From Ignavibacteria bacterium UBA2333 (lineage in GTDB: Bacteria; Bacteroidota; Ignavibacteria; Kapaibacteriales; Kapaibacteriaceae), in NCBI GenBank assembly GCA_002344895.1, contig DDUR01000034.1:95935-159934 (forward strand): a stretch of DNA of 64,000 bases, given 5' to 3'. The first letter of the stretch is position 1. The number at the start of each line of letters is the position of its first letter. The notes below the pieces were generated by a model. It saw nothing but the letters and a program-made list of their open reading frames with translations. It was not told the DNA's origin and searched no databases. Made by a program: the position numbers and the translations under genes. Below, piece by piece: positions 46,526 to 56,041 of this stretch.

Positions 46526-49500
46526 ATGGAATCACCATCTCGACCTACGACATTCGGCAAGCTGCCGGATGACTTCTCTTACGCTGCGCATGAACTCCGC
46601 ATTCTCGACTATTGGTCGACGAGTGGTGTCATTGACCGCGTTATCACTTCGGATGATAACAAACCCAGCTTCACATTTTATGAAGGGCCGCCAACCGTTA
46701 ACGGAAAGCCGGGAATTCATCATGTGCTGGCTCGAACAATCAAGGACTCCATCTGTCGATACAAGACAATGCGTGGCTTCTCAGTTCGGCGACAGGCTGG
46801 CTGGGATACTCACGGATTGCCAGTAGAGCTGGCCGTCGAAAAAGAACTCGGTCTAACGGATAAGTCGCAGATCGAGACATTAGGCGTCGACGTCTTCAAT
46901 GCAGCATGCCGGGCTATGGTCGATCGTAACATCGCGATGCCCGAAGGGTGGAGAACTCTGACGTCGCGTATGGGCTACTGGCTCGACATGGATGCTGCCT
47001 ACATCACATGCTCGAATGAGTATATCGAAAGTGTGTGGTGGGCCTTAAAGACGTTCTTCGACAAGGGCTACATTTACAAAGGTTACAAGGTTGTACCTCA
47101 ATCTCCCACACTTGGTACACCCCTTTCGTCCCACGAACTGTCGCTGAACTATAAAGACGTCCAAGATCCCAATGTTTACCTCAAACTTCGATTAACGTCG
47201 ACAAAGGTGAAAGGGGCAGAAGGGGCGTCGATAATTGTCTGGACGACAACACCTTGGACACTGTTTGCGAATGTGGCTTTGGCAGTTGGACCAGACGTGT
47301 CCTACGTTGTTGTGGATAACACACGAACCGTCGGTGAAACAACCACAACGGAGCGACTCCTCCTGGCTGAATCACGCCTCTCCATCCTCGATGGCGAGTA
47401 CGTCATCGTTGAACGGTGCCTAGGTTCAGACCTTGTTGGAACTACCTATGAGCGCATCTTCGATGACGTAAGCATCGATCAGGCAACATATCCCAACGTC
47501 TTCTCCATCTTACCCGGTGAGTTTGTTACGACGGAAGACGGCTCCGGAGTTGTCCATCTTGCTCCTGCATTCGGACAAGATGACTTTGAAATGTCCAAAC
47601 GATTCCACCTTCCGGTGCCTCAGCCCGTAACACCCAATGGGCGGTTTACGGATGAGATCCGTGAGTTTGCCGGTAGAACCGTCAAGACCTTTGTGTATTC
47701 ACCTGAACACAAGGAGACCGGTGCCGATCGAGACATCGTTAAGATGTTAAAGATTGCCGGTAAGGTCTATCGCGCAAGTTTTGACTATCTCCACAGTTAT
47801 CCACATTGCTGGAGAACCGACAATCCTGTTATCTACTACGCTCGTGACAGCTGGTTTATCACGTCACCAGCATATCGAACACAACTTGTAGACCTGAATA
47901 AGACCATCTCCTGGCATCCCCCGGAGATAGGTGAGGGGCGGTTTGGTAACTGGCTCGAGGACGTGAAGGAATGGTCACTCTCACGCGATCGGTATTGGGG
48001 AACACCGCTGCCAATCTGGGTGAGTGAAGATGGCTCCGACATGTTTGCCGTGGGAAGTATTGCTGAACTTCTCGAGGGTTTGTACGAGGACGATAATGGC
48101 AATCGAATACCTGTAGCAGCATCTGGAAAGGACGTCGACCTCCATCGGCCTTTTGTCGATCGAATTGTCTTTGAACGTAATGGACACACGTATCGGCGCA
48201 CCAAGGAAGTCATCGACGTTTGGTTTGATAGTGGATCGATGCCATTCGCACAATTCCACTATCCATTCGAAAACGTAGAACTCTTTGAGAAGTCATTTCC
48301 GGCAGACTTCATCGCTGAGGGAATTGACCAAACGCGCGGATGGTTTTACACATTACACAACATCGCTACGGCGTTGTTTAACACTCCGGCCTATAAAAAT
48401 GTTGTCGTGAACGATCTCGTTCTCGACAAGTCCGGACAAAAAATGTCGAAGTCGCGTGGCAACACGGTAGACCCGTTTGCTCTCTTTGACAAGTACGGCG
48501 CTGATGCAATACGATGGTATCTCATGACATCGTCGCCAGTGTGGAAAACCAAGAACTTCAACGAAGACGATATCGCGAAAACCGTCATCGCAGATTTTTT
48601 CCGATCGTACGTGAACACGTACGAGTTCTTTGCGCTGTATGCTGGTGTTGACGGTTATACCGGTGCTGAGCCTAGTATTCCTGCGGCTGAACGGCCAGAG
48701 ATCGATCGCTGGATTCTGTCGAGACTCAACTCTGTTCTATCCGAATACACAACATCAATGGATGACTACGACATCACCCGAGCATGTCGTGTTGTTCAAG
48801 ACTTTGTCATCGACGACGTATCAAACTGGTACGTTCGTCGTAATCGCCGTCGGTTCTGGAAAGGTGAAATGGATGCAGATAAACTTGCTGCATTCCAGAC
48901 TCTTCATACGGTGATCAAAACAGTTGCATCACTCATTGCACCCGTTGCACCATTTCTTTCAGAAGAAATTTTCCTCAGAGTTGCAACAGATTGTGAACAA
49001 TTGAGTGTTCATTGTAGTATATTGCAATCGTGTGATGCATCGTTGATTGATCATGATCTCGAACATCGCATGATGCAAGCACAGACAATTGTCTTCCTTG
49101 CGCGTTCCTTGAGAGAAAAAGCGAAGATCAAAACGCGCCAACCACTGCGTCGAATTCTTCTACCTGTTGACGGTCCGGCAATGCGCCGGAATATTCAGAG
49201 TGTAGAAGACATTGTGATCGAAGAGATCAACGTCAAGGCAATCGAATATGTCAGCGATGACACCAACATTGTCCGACGAAGCGCAAAACCAAACTTCAAG
49301 GTCATCGGCCGGAAGTACGGTGGTAAAACGCAGAATGTGGCGCAGGCGATCAAAACATTGACGAGCGAACAGGTGCGACGCCTGGAGCAGTCATCCGTTC
49401 TTGCACTCGACATCGGTTCGGAAACGATGCAAATCGACTTCGAAGATGTTGAAATTGTTAGCGAGGACATTGAGGGCTGGTTAGTAGCAACCGAACATGG

Positions 49501-49792
49501 TTTAACGGTTGCACTTGATACAGACCTGGATGATGCACTGCTTCACGAAGGGCTTGCACGAGAGTTCGTGAGTCGACTCCAAAAGATCCGCAAGGATTCG
49601 GGGTTTGATGTGACGGACCGTATCGTAATTCGCTTCTCAGCGGATGATGAAACGGCCGACGCCATCTCGAACATGCGGGCGTACATTGCAATGGAAACGC
49701 TGGCCGATACGCTCGAGCGGGGGGACGGTTCCTTAGGAACCGATCTCGAGATCAACGGGCGGAACGTCAGCGTACACGTCGAGCGGACATAG
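46526..49792 (+). CDS. ileS: isoleucyl-tRNA synthetase, type 2 (archaeal/eukaryote-like)
   Basis: The HIGH-region variant is PPTVNGKPGIHHVLARTIKD, then WTTTPWTLFAN and KMSKSRGN. It is 1088 aa from the ATG at 46526. Confidence 0.95.
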   Translation: MESPSRPTTFGKLPDDFSYAAHELRILDYWSTSGVIDRVITSDDNKPSFTFYEGPPTVNGKPGIHHVLARTIKDSICRYKTMRGFSVRRQAGWDTHGLPVELAVEKELGLTDKSQIETLGVDVFNAACRAMVDRNIAMPEGWRTLTSRMGYWLDMDAAYITCSNEYIESVWWALKTFFDKGYIYKGYKVVPQSPTLGTPLSSHELSLNYKDVQDPNVYLKLRLTSTKVKGAEGASIIVWTTTPWTLFANVALAVGPDVSYVVVDNTRTVGETTTTERLLLAESRLSILDGEYVIVERCLGSDLVGTTYERIFDDVSIDQATYPNVFSILPGEFVTTEDGSGVVHLAPAFGQDDFEMSKRFHLPVPQPVTPNGRFTDEIREFAGRTVKTFVYSPEHKETGADRDIVKMLKIAGKVYRASFDYLHSYPHCWRTDNPVIYYARDSWFITSPAYRTQLVDLNKTISWHPPEIGEGRFGNWLEDVKEWSLSRDRYWGTPLPIWVSEDGSDMFAVGSIAELLEGLYEDDNGNRIPVAASGKDVDLHRPFVDRIVFERNGHTYRRTKEVIDVWFDSGSMPFAQFHYPFENVELFEKSFPADFIAEGIDQTRGWFYTLHNIATALFNTPAYKNVVVNDLVLDKSGQKMSKSRGNTVDPFALFDKYGADAIRWYLMTSSPVWKTKNFNEDDIAKTVIADFFRSYVNTYEFFALYAGVDGYTGAEPSIPAAERPEIDRWILSRLNSVLSEYTTSMDDYDITRACRVVQDFVIDDVSNWYVRRNRRRFWKGEMDADKLAAFQTLHTVIKTVASLIAPVAPFLSEEIFLRVATDCEQLSVHCSILQSCDASLIDHDLEHRMMQAQTIVFLARSLREKAKIKTRQPLRRILLPVDGPAMRRNIQSVEDIVIEEINVKAIEYVSDDTNIVRRSAKPNFKVIGRKYGGKTQNVAQAIKTLTSEQVRRLEQSSVLALDIGSETMQIDFEDVEIVSEDIEGWLVATEHGLTVALDTDLDDALLHEGLAREFVSRLQKIRKDSGFDVTDRIVIRFSADDETADAISNMRAYIAMETLADTLERGDGSLGTDLEINGRNVSVHVERT

Positions 49793-49817
49793 ACCGCAAC
49801 AACGTGTGCAGAAGATG

Positions 49818-49847
49818 GTGTACCGAAGGGTACACGCGTTTTCATTT
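49818..49847 (+). terminator. hairpin + T-rich tract after ileS (terminator/attenuator candidate)
   Basis: A 7-bp stem (gtgtacc / ggtacac) with loop gaag is followed by gcgttttcattt. Confidence 0.4.
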
Positions 49848-49867
49848 ACTCATTGGAGGTACGTTCT

Positions 49868-50128
49868 ATGGCAGCTGCAAAAAAAGCGGCCAAGAAAGCT
49901 GCAAAGAAGCCGGCGAAAAAAGCCGCGAAGAAGGCAGCAGCAAAGAAGACGGCTAAGAAAGCCGTAAAGCGCGTCGCAAAGAAAGCGGCCGCTAAGCGTC
50001 CGGCAAAGAAGGCAGCCAAGAAGGCAGCCCCGAAGGCCGCTCGCAAGCCTGCGAAGAAGGCAGCCAAGAAGGCCGCCAAGAAAGCCGCTAAGAAGGCCGC
50101 TCCCGCTGCAAAAAAAAAAGCAGCGTAA
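49868..50128 (+). CDS. histone H1-like lysine/alanine-rich nucleoid protein
   Basis: MAAAKKAAKKAAKKPAKKAAKKAAAKKTAKKAVKRVAKKAAAKRPAKKAAKKAAPKAARKPAKKAAKKAAKKAAKKAAPAAKKKAA. A ggaggt Shine-Dalgarno sequence lies 8 nt upstream. The gene ends in an A10 tract. Confidence 0.7.
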   Translation: MAAAKKAAKKAAKKPAKKAAKKAAAKKTAKKAVKRVAKKAAAKRPAKKAAKKAAPKAARKPAKKAAKKAAKKAAKKAAPAAKKKAA

Positions 50129-50430
50129 AGCAGCCAACTAAGGCTTCTCGGCCCGGAACGACAACCGAAACTTCGCGGGTTCCCTCGGGTTCGCCCAAGG
50201 TCCCAACGTCGAACAAGAGTGCGGAGCACACCAGCTCCGATAAGTTCAAGTCAGCATCAAGTAGGAACGTGACGACAAAGAAGTCTTCGAAGTCTTCCGG
50301 ATCAGGTAATGCTGCTCCGGCGGTGAAAGCTGCCGGAGCAGCTTCTGTTTCCACACCCGCACCGGCCCCTCGTGTGAAGGCCGTGCCGCCCCCTCCGCCC
50401 CCTCCCGCTGCTCGCAGTAACAAGCCTCAA

Positions 50431-50880
50431 ATGCCTGTTGCTCCTAAAGCAGGGCTCAAGTATTCGGAGAAGGATCTTAACGCGTTTAAAGAGAACATCG
50501 AGCGTGCCAAGGAAGATGCCTTGGAAGAGCTTCGCATGTTAAAGGAACGCCTTGAAGATCTTACGAATAGTGAGATGGCCGAAGAGTCTGCGATCTATTC
50601 GATGCACATGGCCGAACAAGGTTCGGAAGCCGTCGAAAAAGAAAAGACGTATGCGCAGATCACGCGTATTCAGGATTACCTACGTAAGCTCGATGAGGCG
50701 TTGTTACGCATCACGGAAAAGACGTATGGCATCTGTCGTATGTGCGGTATTCTGATAGCCAAGGAACGTCTGCTTGCAGTACCAATCACCACACTTTCGG
50801 CCTCGTACAAGATTCATCAACGTTGTCCAGAGGACGGAGTTGATAAGATTGTTGCGAAAAATCCGGATGCACTGAAGTGA
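50431..50880 (+). CDS. DksA/TraR-family zinc-finger protein
   Basis: A coiled-coil region (EKDLNAFKENIERAKEDALEELRMLKERLEDL) precedes the C4-type finger remnant (CRMCG...IHQRC). The minimal CDS from the ATG at 50431 is given. The same frame is open upstream to 50092 (GTG at 50269 in the ORF track) and encodes a Ser/Thr/Pro/Ala-rich tract. Confidence 0.65.
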   Translation: MPVAPKAGLKYSEKDLNAFKENIERAKEDALEELRMLKERLEDLTNSEMAEESAIYSMHMAEQGSEAVEKEKTYAQITRIQDYLRKLDEALLRITEKTYGICRMCGILIAKERLLAVPITTLSASYKIHQRCPEDGVDKIVAKNPDALK

Positions 50881-50890
50881 CGGTGATGGC

Positions 50891-51490
50891 GTGAAAGATC
50901 CACGCCCAGGATCCCAACGATTTTTTCTTCTCGCTGCAGTTCTCGTTGTCCTCGATCAGGTGACGAAGGTTGCAGTAAAGGGGTTTTCGTTTGCCGGAAT
51001 GTCGTGGGAAGGGATGTATCTCGGAGAGAGTTTTCCCTTGCTCGGCGATGTTGTTCGGTGCACCTTCGTTGAGAATCCAGGTATGGCCTTTGGTATTTCC
51101 TTTGGCGCTGGAAAGATCATCCTGACGTTGGCAACATTCGCCATCGTTGGTTTTCTCATTTGGTATTTACGACGCCTCGCAACAGCACATTGGTCGGTAC
51201 AAACAGCAGTCGCACTAGTCCTCGGTGGTGCCGTCGGCAACCTGATTGATCGAGCCTTCTATGGAGTATTCTACGGTGAAGAGGCCCTTTTTTATGGTAA
51301 GGTTGTAGATTTTATCCAGGTCGATATTCCCGATATCACATGGTTTGGTGAAACATATACTCACTTCCCTGTTTTTAACGTAGCGGATGCCTGTGTGTCG
51401 GTAGGTATTGTCCTGTTGATCCTGACGAGCCGAAAGCTCCCACACGACGTGCGAGAACGTCACGATGAAGCCGAACGAACAGCAGAATGA
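50891..51490 (+). CDS. lspA: lipoprotein signal peptidase (signal peptidase II)
   Basis: It uses a GTG start and has four TM helices. The conserved motifs are FNVADACVSVG and VGNLIDR. The ileS-dksA-lspA gene order is conserved. Confidence 0.85.
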   Translation: MKDPRPGSQRFFLLAAVLVVLDQVTKVAVKGFSFAGMSWEGMYLGESFPLLGDVVRCTFVENPGMAFGISFGAGKIILTLATFAIVGFLIWYLRRLATAHWSVQTAVALVLGGAVGNLIDRAFYGVFYGEEALFYGKVVDFIQVDIPDITWFGETYTHFPVFNVADACVSVGIVLLILTSRKLPHDVRERHDEAERTAE

Positions 51491-52646
51491 TGACGGAGGT
51501 TCGGAGCGTGTTGAGCACGTCTACGAATTTGTCATTCCAGCACGTCAGTTCGCAGAGCGGCTAGATGCCTTCCTGACACATTCGATAATGCATGCTACAC
51601 GGACGCGTGTTCAAAAGGCAATTGAACGACAGTCTGTAACCGTGAATGGTTTGCCATCCAAAGCAAACTACCGCATTAAACCAGGCGACGTGATAAAGGT
51701 TGTGGTGATGCGCCGCCCACCACTTCAGCTCATCCCTCAGCCTCTACCTCTCGAGATTTTGTTCGAGGATGATGATCTTATTGTTGTAAATAAACCGGCC
51801 GGTATGCCAACACATCCAGGTATCGGTAATAGAGATGGCACACTTGTCAACGCTATACTTTGGCATGTTGGTCATCGTGAGCCAATCGATGTATTGCGCC
51901 GACGCGAGTCCTGGGCCGACGGTGAGGGTAAGGGGGCAGAAGGGGCATCAGACGCAGAAGATGCTGACGATATGCTGCCTGATGAGAATGGTCAGGACGA
52001 TCAGCGTGATGATGACGAACTGTCTGAAGACGAGTCAGCTATCTTCGGCTCGTCGGCGATACGGCCAGGAATTGTTCATCGTCTTGACATCGATACAAGC
52101 GGCGTCATGGTAGTAGCTAAAAACTATGAGACAACCTTTGGCCTTGCCGAGCAGTTTGCCGCACGTACAACAAGTCGGCAATACGTAGCGCTGGTGTGGG
52201 GTGTCGTAGCTGATGACTTCCGATGTATTGAAGGTGACATTGGGAGAAGTCCAAAGGACCGTCGATTGATGTCAATCGTGCGTAAGGGCGGGAAGTATGC
52301 TGCAACCGAGGTGACAACGCTTGAGCGCTATCCATTTGCCTCTCTTGTTGCTTGCTCATTACGTACCGGACGAACACATCAGATTCGAGTCCACCTCTCA
52401 CATCACCGCCATTCGATTATCGGTGACCCCGATTATGGAGGACGTGAGGCTGCATTAAGTGCTCTCCATACACTCTATCGACGTGAAGGTGAACGTGTTC
52501 TCAAGCTGATTCATCGTCAGGCACTACACGCACGAACTCTTGGTTTCCGGCACCCGAAGACACGTGAGTGGCTGGAGTTTACAACTGAGTTGCCGGAGGA
52601 TATGGCGGCGGCCGTCACACTACTTCGGAATCTTTCGTCCACCTAG
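51465..52646 (+). CDS. rluD: 23S rRNA pseudouridine synthase, RluD/RluA family, with acidic insertion
   Basis: An S4 domain (LDAFLTHSIMHATRTRVQKAIE) precedes the catalytic motif HRLDIDTSGVMVVAKN. A ~70-aa Asp/Glu-rich insertion (DGEGKGAEGASDAEDADDMLPDENGQDDQRDDDELSEDES) lies before the catalytic core. Confidence 0.85.
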   Translation: MKPNEQQNDDGGSERVEHVYEFVIPARQFAERLDAFLTHSIMHATRTRVQKAIERQSVTVNGLPSKANYRIKPGDVIKVVVMRRPPLQLIPQPLPLEILFEDDDLIVVNKPAGMPTHPGIGNRDGTLVNAILWHVGHREPIDVLRRRESWADGEGKGAEGASDAEDADDMLPDENGQDDQRDDDELSEDESAIFGSSAIRPGIVHRLDIDTSGVMVVAKNYETTFGLAEQFAARTTSRQYVALVWGVVADDFRCIEGDIGRSPKDRRLMSIVRKGGKYAATEVTTLERYPFASLVACSLRTGRTHQIRVHLSHHRHSIIGDPDYGGREAALSALHTLYRREGERVLKLIHRQALHARTLGFRHPKTREWLEFTTELPEDMAAAVTLLRNLSST

Positions 52647-53309
52647 TCCTGCGGCAATGGTTGATGCTCGCCGTCGTACGTACGGTGATGGTTGTGCCGC
52701 AGAAAAACGCCGTGGATTTGGGACAACAGCAGCCAATAGAGCAGCTTCACGACGTGTTAATTCCTTGGCTGATTTCTGAAAGTATGTTTGCGCCGCAGAC
52801 TCGATACCATAGATGCCGTCACCCCATTCTATCATGTTGACGTAGACTTCGAGAATGCGCTTTTTACCCCAAAGTACTTCGATCATGTAGGTGAAAACAA
52901 CCTCTGCGGCCTTGCGCACCATCGTGCGAAAAGGAAGCAGGAATACATTCTTCGCTGTTTGCATCGTGATCGTACTCGCTCCGAGTGGGAGTTTGCCGCG
53001 ACGAACGCGTGAAACGTTTACTTTTTTTGCCCGCTCAACGGATTGCCAGTCAACACCACCGTGGCTTAAAAACTTTTTATCCTCGCTTGTTATCAGTGCC
53101 CGAAAAACGTCCGGCGATATCTCATCGTACGACACCCACCGATGATTAACCGTGAAGGAATGTCCTGTAAACGGAGCGTTTACAAGACGATAGATCATGA
53201 GCGGCGTAATGGCTGGTGGGACGATCCGGAACAGCGCAACAACGAGAATCATGCCGATTGGTACGGCAACAAGAGTTCGGCCGACCCAGACAAGTATGTC
53301 ACGAACCAT
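52620..53309 (-). CDS. mtgA: monofunctional biosynthetic peptidoglycan transglycosylase
   Basis: It has an N-terminal TM helix and GT51 motifs (ITSEDKKFLSHGGVDW, TITMQTAKNVFL). It overlaps the convergent rluD by ~27 nt. Confidence 0.85.
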   Translation of the reverse strand: MVRDILVWVGRTLVAVPIGMILVVALFRIVPPAITPLMIYRLVNAPFTGHSFTVNHRWVSYDEISPDVFRALITSEDKKFLSHGGVDWQSVERAKKVNVSRVRRGKLPLGASTITMQTAKNVFLLPFRTMVRKAAEVVFTYMIEVLWGKKRILEVYVNMIEWGDGIYGIESAAQTYFQKSAKELTRREAALLAAVVPNPRRFSAAQPSPYVRRRASTIAAGLGGRKIPK

Positions 53310-53373
53310 AGGTGTGCTCGCTGTTTGCTTTACGTTCGTTAAGTTTGTGGCCGTTGAACATTACGATCGTAAA

Positions 53374-53820
53374 ATGAAAGACCTCGACCGACAAATCCTC
53401 ACCCTGCTTCAGGACGATGCTCGCCTGAGTTTGAGTGAGATCGCCGAACGTGTAGGATCGTCTGTTCCAACCGTGAGTGATCATGTGAAGAGAATGGAAG
53501 AGGCCGGCACCATTCGTGGATATCACGCCGTTGTTGACGCTGTGATATGTGGGCTTGATGTTGCAGCCTTCTTATTCGTTGACATCGAATCGAGTGCGAA
53601 TTACGACTCGTTCCGTCGCCAGTGTCGCGCCCGAAAAGAGATACTTGAATGCCATGCCATTACTGGAACGGCCTCACATCTACTCAAGGTGCGCGTCAAA
53701 AATACATCGGCTTTAGAGCAATTGCTCTCTGCCGTCCAGCAATGGAAAGGTGTTACGCGAACGCAGACAAGTGTCGTCTTGAGTACGCACAAGGAAACGC
53801 CGATCATTTCGCTTGACTAA
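53374..53820 (+). CDS. lrp: Lrp/AsnC-family transcriptional regulator
   Basis: MKDLDRQILTLLQDDARLSLSEIAERVGSSVPTVSDHVKRMEEAGTIRGY is an HTH_AsnC region, and a RAM domain follows. It lies immediately upstream of glnN. Confidence 0.85.
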   Translation: MKDLDRQILTLLQDDARLSLSEIAERVGSSVPTVSDHVKRMEEAGTIRGYHAVVDAVICGLDVAAFLFVDIESSANYDSFRRQCRARKEILECHAITGTASHLLKVRVKNTSALEQLLSAVQQWKGVTRTQTSVVLSTHKETPIISLD

Positions 53821-53874
53821 AGCCACTTCATAACAACACTGCAACCCAACCAACTCAACCCAGCGGAGCCGACA

Positions 53875-56028
53875 ATGTACGAATACGAAGTAACGACAGC
53901 CGCACGTAACTGGCGACTCGAAGGCGTCAAGACGCCCAGTCCGTCCGACGTTGTGACCGATGTTTTTGCCAGCGATGTGTTAACAACCGAAGAGCTGCGT
54001 CAGCGGCTCAGTAAACCTGTTTGGCGCTCATTACAGGCTACGATGGAGCGTGGTGCGGCTGTTGATCCAGCGATAGCCGACACGGTAGCACTCGCGATGA
54101 AGACGTGGGCAATGGAGAAGGGGGCTACACACTACACGCACTGGTTCCAGCCACTGACTGGATTGACTGCCGAAAAACATGAGAGCTTTGTTATGCCAAC
54201 GAGTGATGGTACGGCCATCTCTCAATTCAGTGGCAAGGAACTCATTCAGGGTGAACCAGATGCATCTTCGTTTCCAAGTGGTGGACTCCGTGCGACGTTC
54301 GAAGCACGCGGTTATACGGCTTGGGATCCAACGTCGCCAGCATTTATCATGCGACATGGTAACGGAGCTACGTTATGTATTCCCACGGCGTTTGCATCGT
54401 GGACAGGAGAGGCACTTGACCATAAGACACCACTCTTGAGATCGATGGAGACACTTCATTCGGCTTCGATGAAGGCTCTTGGACTCTTTGGGATAAACGA
54501 TGTCACGAAGGTTTCCAGTACCGTAGGAGCTGAGCAAGAGTATTTCCTCATCGACGAAGAGTTCTTCTACCGTCGCCCGGATCTTATGCTGTGTGGACGC
54601 ACACTTTTTGGTGCGCGCCCTCCACGTGGACAGGAACTTGAGGATCACTATTTCGGATCAATTCCTGAAAGAATTCTCACGTTTATGACAGATGCCGAGC
54701 ATCAGTTGTATGCCCTGGGAATTCCGATTAAAACGCGTCACAACGAGGTGGCACCGGGTCAATATGAAGTTGCTCCAATTTTCGAGCAAAGTAACGTGGC
54801 TGCTGACCATCAGCAACTCGTGATGCAGGTACTGAGGAATACTGCTCGGAAGTATGGCCTTGTTTGTCTGCTCCATGAAAAGCCCTTTGCCGGCATCAAT
54901 GGTTCCGGCAAACACGTGAACTGGTCAGTAGCTACTGACACTGGACTAAATCTGCTTGAACCAGGAGATACGCCTCAGACGAATATGTTATTCCTGTTCT
55001 TCTGCGCAGCCGTGATTAAAGCAGTTGACGAACATCAGGACCTGTTGCGAACATGTGTTGCATCGGCATCTAATGATCATCGCCTTGGTGCAAATGAAGC
55101 TCCACCTGCCATCATGTCAATCTTCCTCGGTGATGAACTGACGGAAATCTTTGAGCGCATCGTCAGTGGAAAGGGAACAGCCTCACGTAAGGCGGGACTT
55201 CTTGGACTCGGTTCACCAGTATTACCACCACTCCCGCGTCATGCAGGTGATCGGAACAGAACGTCACCCTTTGCCTTTACTGGTAATAAGTTCGAATTCA
55301 GAGCAGTTGGATCTTCACAGTCGGTGAGTTTCCCAATCACCGTCCTGAATGTGATTGTAGCAGAAGCGATCCTCGACTTAGCTGGAAAGATCGAAGCGAA
55401 GACGAAGAAGAAGGTGGCGTTTGATGCGGCACTTGTTGACGTCTTGAAAGATGTGTACAGTCACCACGGCCGTATTGTGTTTAACGGAGATGGATACTCG
55501 TCGAAATGGCACAAGGAGGCAGAAAAGCGCGGATTACTCTCATTGCCAACAGCCGTTGACGCCATCGAACGTCTCATGGACACGAAGAATACGAAGTTGT
55601 TCTCAAAGGCAAATGTTCTAACCGATCGCGAACTCGAAGCACGTCAAGAAGTCATGTTCGACCAGTACTTCAAAACGGTGAACATCGAAGGCGAAACAAC
55701 AGAATGGATGGCGCGCACACAGATTCTTCCAGGAGCACTGTCATTCCTGCGGGAAGTTTCCGGAATCAATATTCCATCGCGGGCGGTTGATCGAACGGCT
55801 TCATCTCTTGCCACTACAATCGACTCGTTAAGTGATGCTTTGGAACGTCTGGGTGCGGCTAATGCTGAGCTCGGTGGCGATGACGTTCATGCGAAATCGC
55901 GTCACATGCGTGATAATGTATTGCCTGCCATGAATGACGTTCGTGTTGCTGCAGACGCTCTTGAACGTATTGTCGCTCATGATCACTGGCCACTTCCGGG
56001 ATATCGCGAAATGTTGTTCGTAAAGTAA
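53875..56028 (+). CDS. glnN: glutamine synthetase type III
   Basis: The 717 aa are collinear with type III glutamine synthetase (GSIII): an N-terminal GSIII-specific domain, a catalytic domain ([19 protein letters not shown]) and a C-terminal GSIII domain. Confidence 0.9.
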   Translation: MYEYEVTTAARNWRLEGVKTPSPSDVVTDVFASDVLTTEELRQRLSKPVWRSLQATMERGAAVDPAIADTVALAMKTWAMEKGATHYTHWFQPLTGLTAEKHESFVMPTSDGTAISQFSGKELIQGEPDASSFPSGGLRATFEARGYTAWDPTSPAFIMRHGNGATLCIPTAFASWTGEALDHKTPLLRSMETLHSASMKALGLFGINDVTKVSSTVGAEQEYFLIDEEFFYRRPDLMLCGRTLFGARPPRGQELEDHYFGSIPERILTFMTDAEHQLYALGIPIKTRHNEVAPGQYEVAPIFEQSNVAADHQQLVMQVLRNTARKYGLVCLLHEKPFAGINGSGKHVNWSVATDTGLNLLEPGDTPQTNMLFLFFCAAVIKAVDEHQDLLRTCVASASNDHRLGANEAPPAIMSIFLGDELTEIFERIVSGKGTASRKAGLLGLGSPVLPPLPRHAGDRNRTSPFAFTGNKFEFRAVGSSQSVSFPITVLNVIVAEAILDLAGKIEAKTKKKVAFDAALVDVLKDVYSHHGRIVFNGDGYSSKWHKEAEKRGLLSLPTAVDAIERLMDTKNTKLFSKANVLTDRELEARQEVMFDQYFKTVNIEGETTEWMARTQILPGALSFLREVSGINIPSRAVDRTASSLATTIDSLSDALERLGAANAELGGDDVHAKSRHMRDNVLPAMNDVRVAADALERIVAHDHWPLPGYREMLFVK

Positions 56029-56041
56029 GGCTCAGCCGAAC

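Noticed and set aside
49868-50128. Periodic KKAAKK-coding repeats, also 58290-58390 in topA, considered as a CRISPR array or other non-coding repeat
   Set aside because: The repeat units are 12-15 nt, contiguous without spacers, in frame, and encode Lys/Ala tails continuous with the protein. No cas genes are present.
49846-50423. Minus-strand ORFs 49846-50229 and 50088-50423 with FLAAFLAAF and poly-Gly translations
   Set aside because: They are the antisense of the AKK-repeat H1-like gene and of the Ala/Pro-rich tract. Low-complexity coding on one strand automatically yields open frames on the other.
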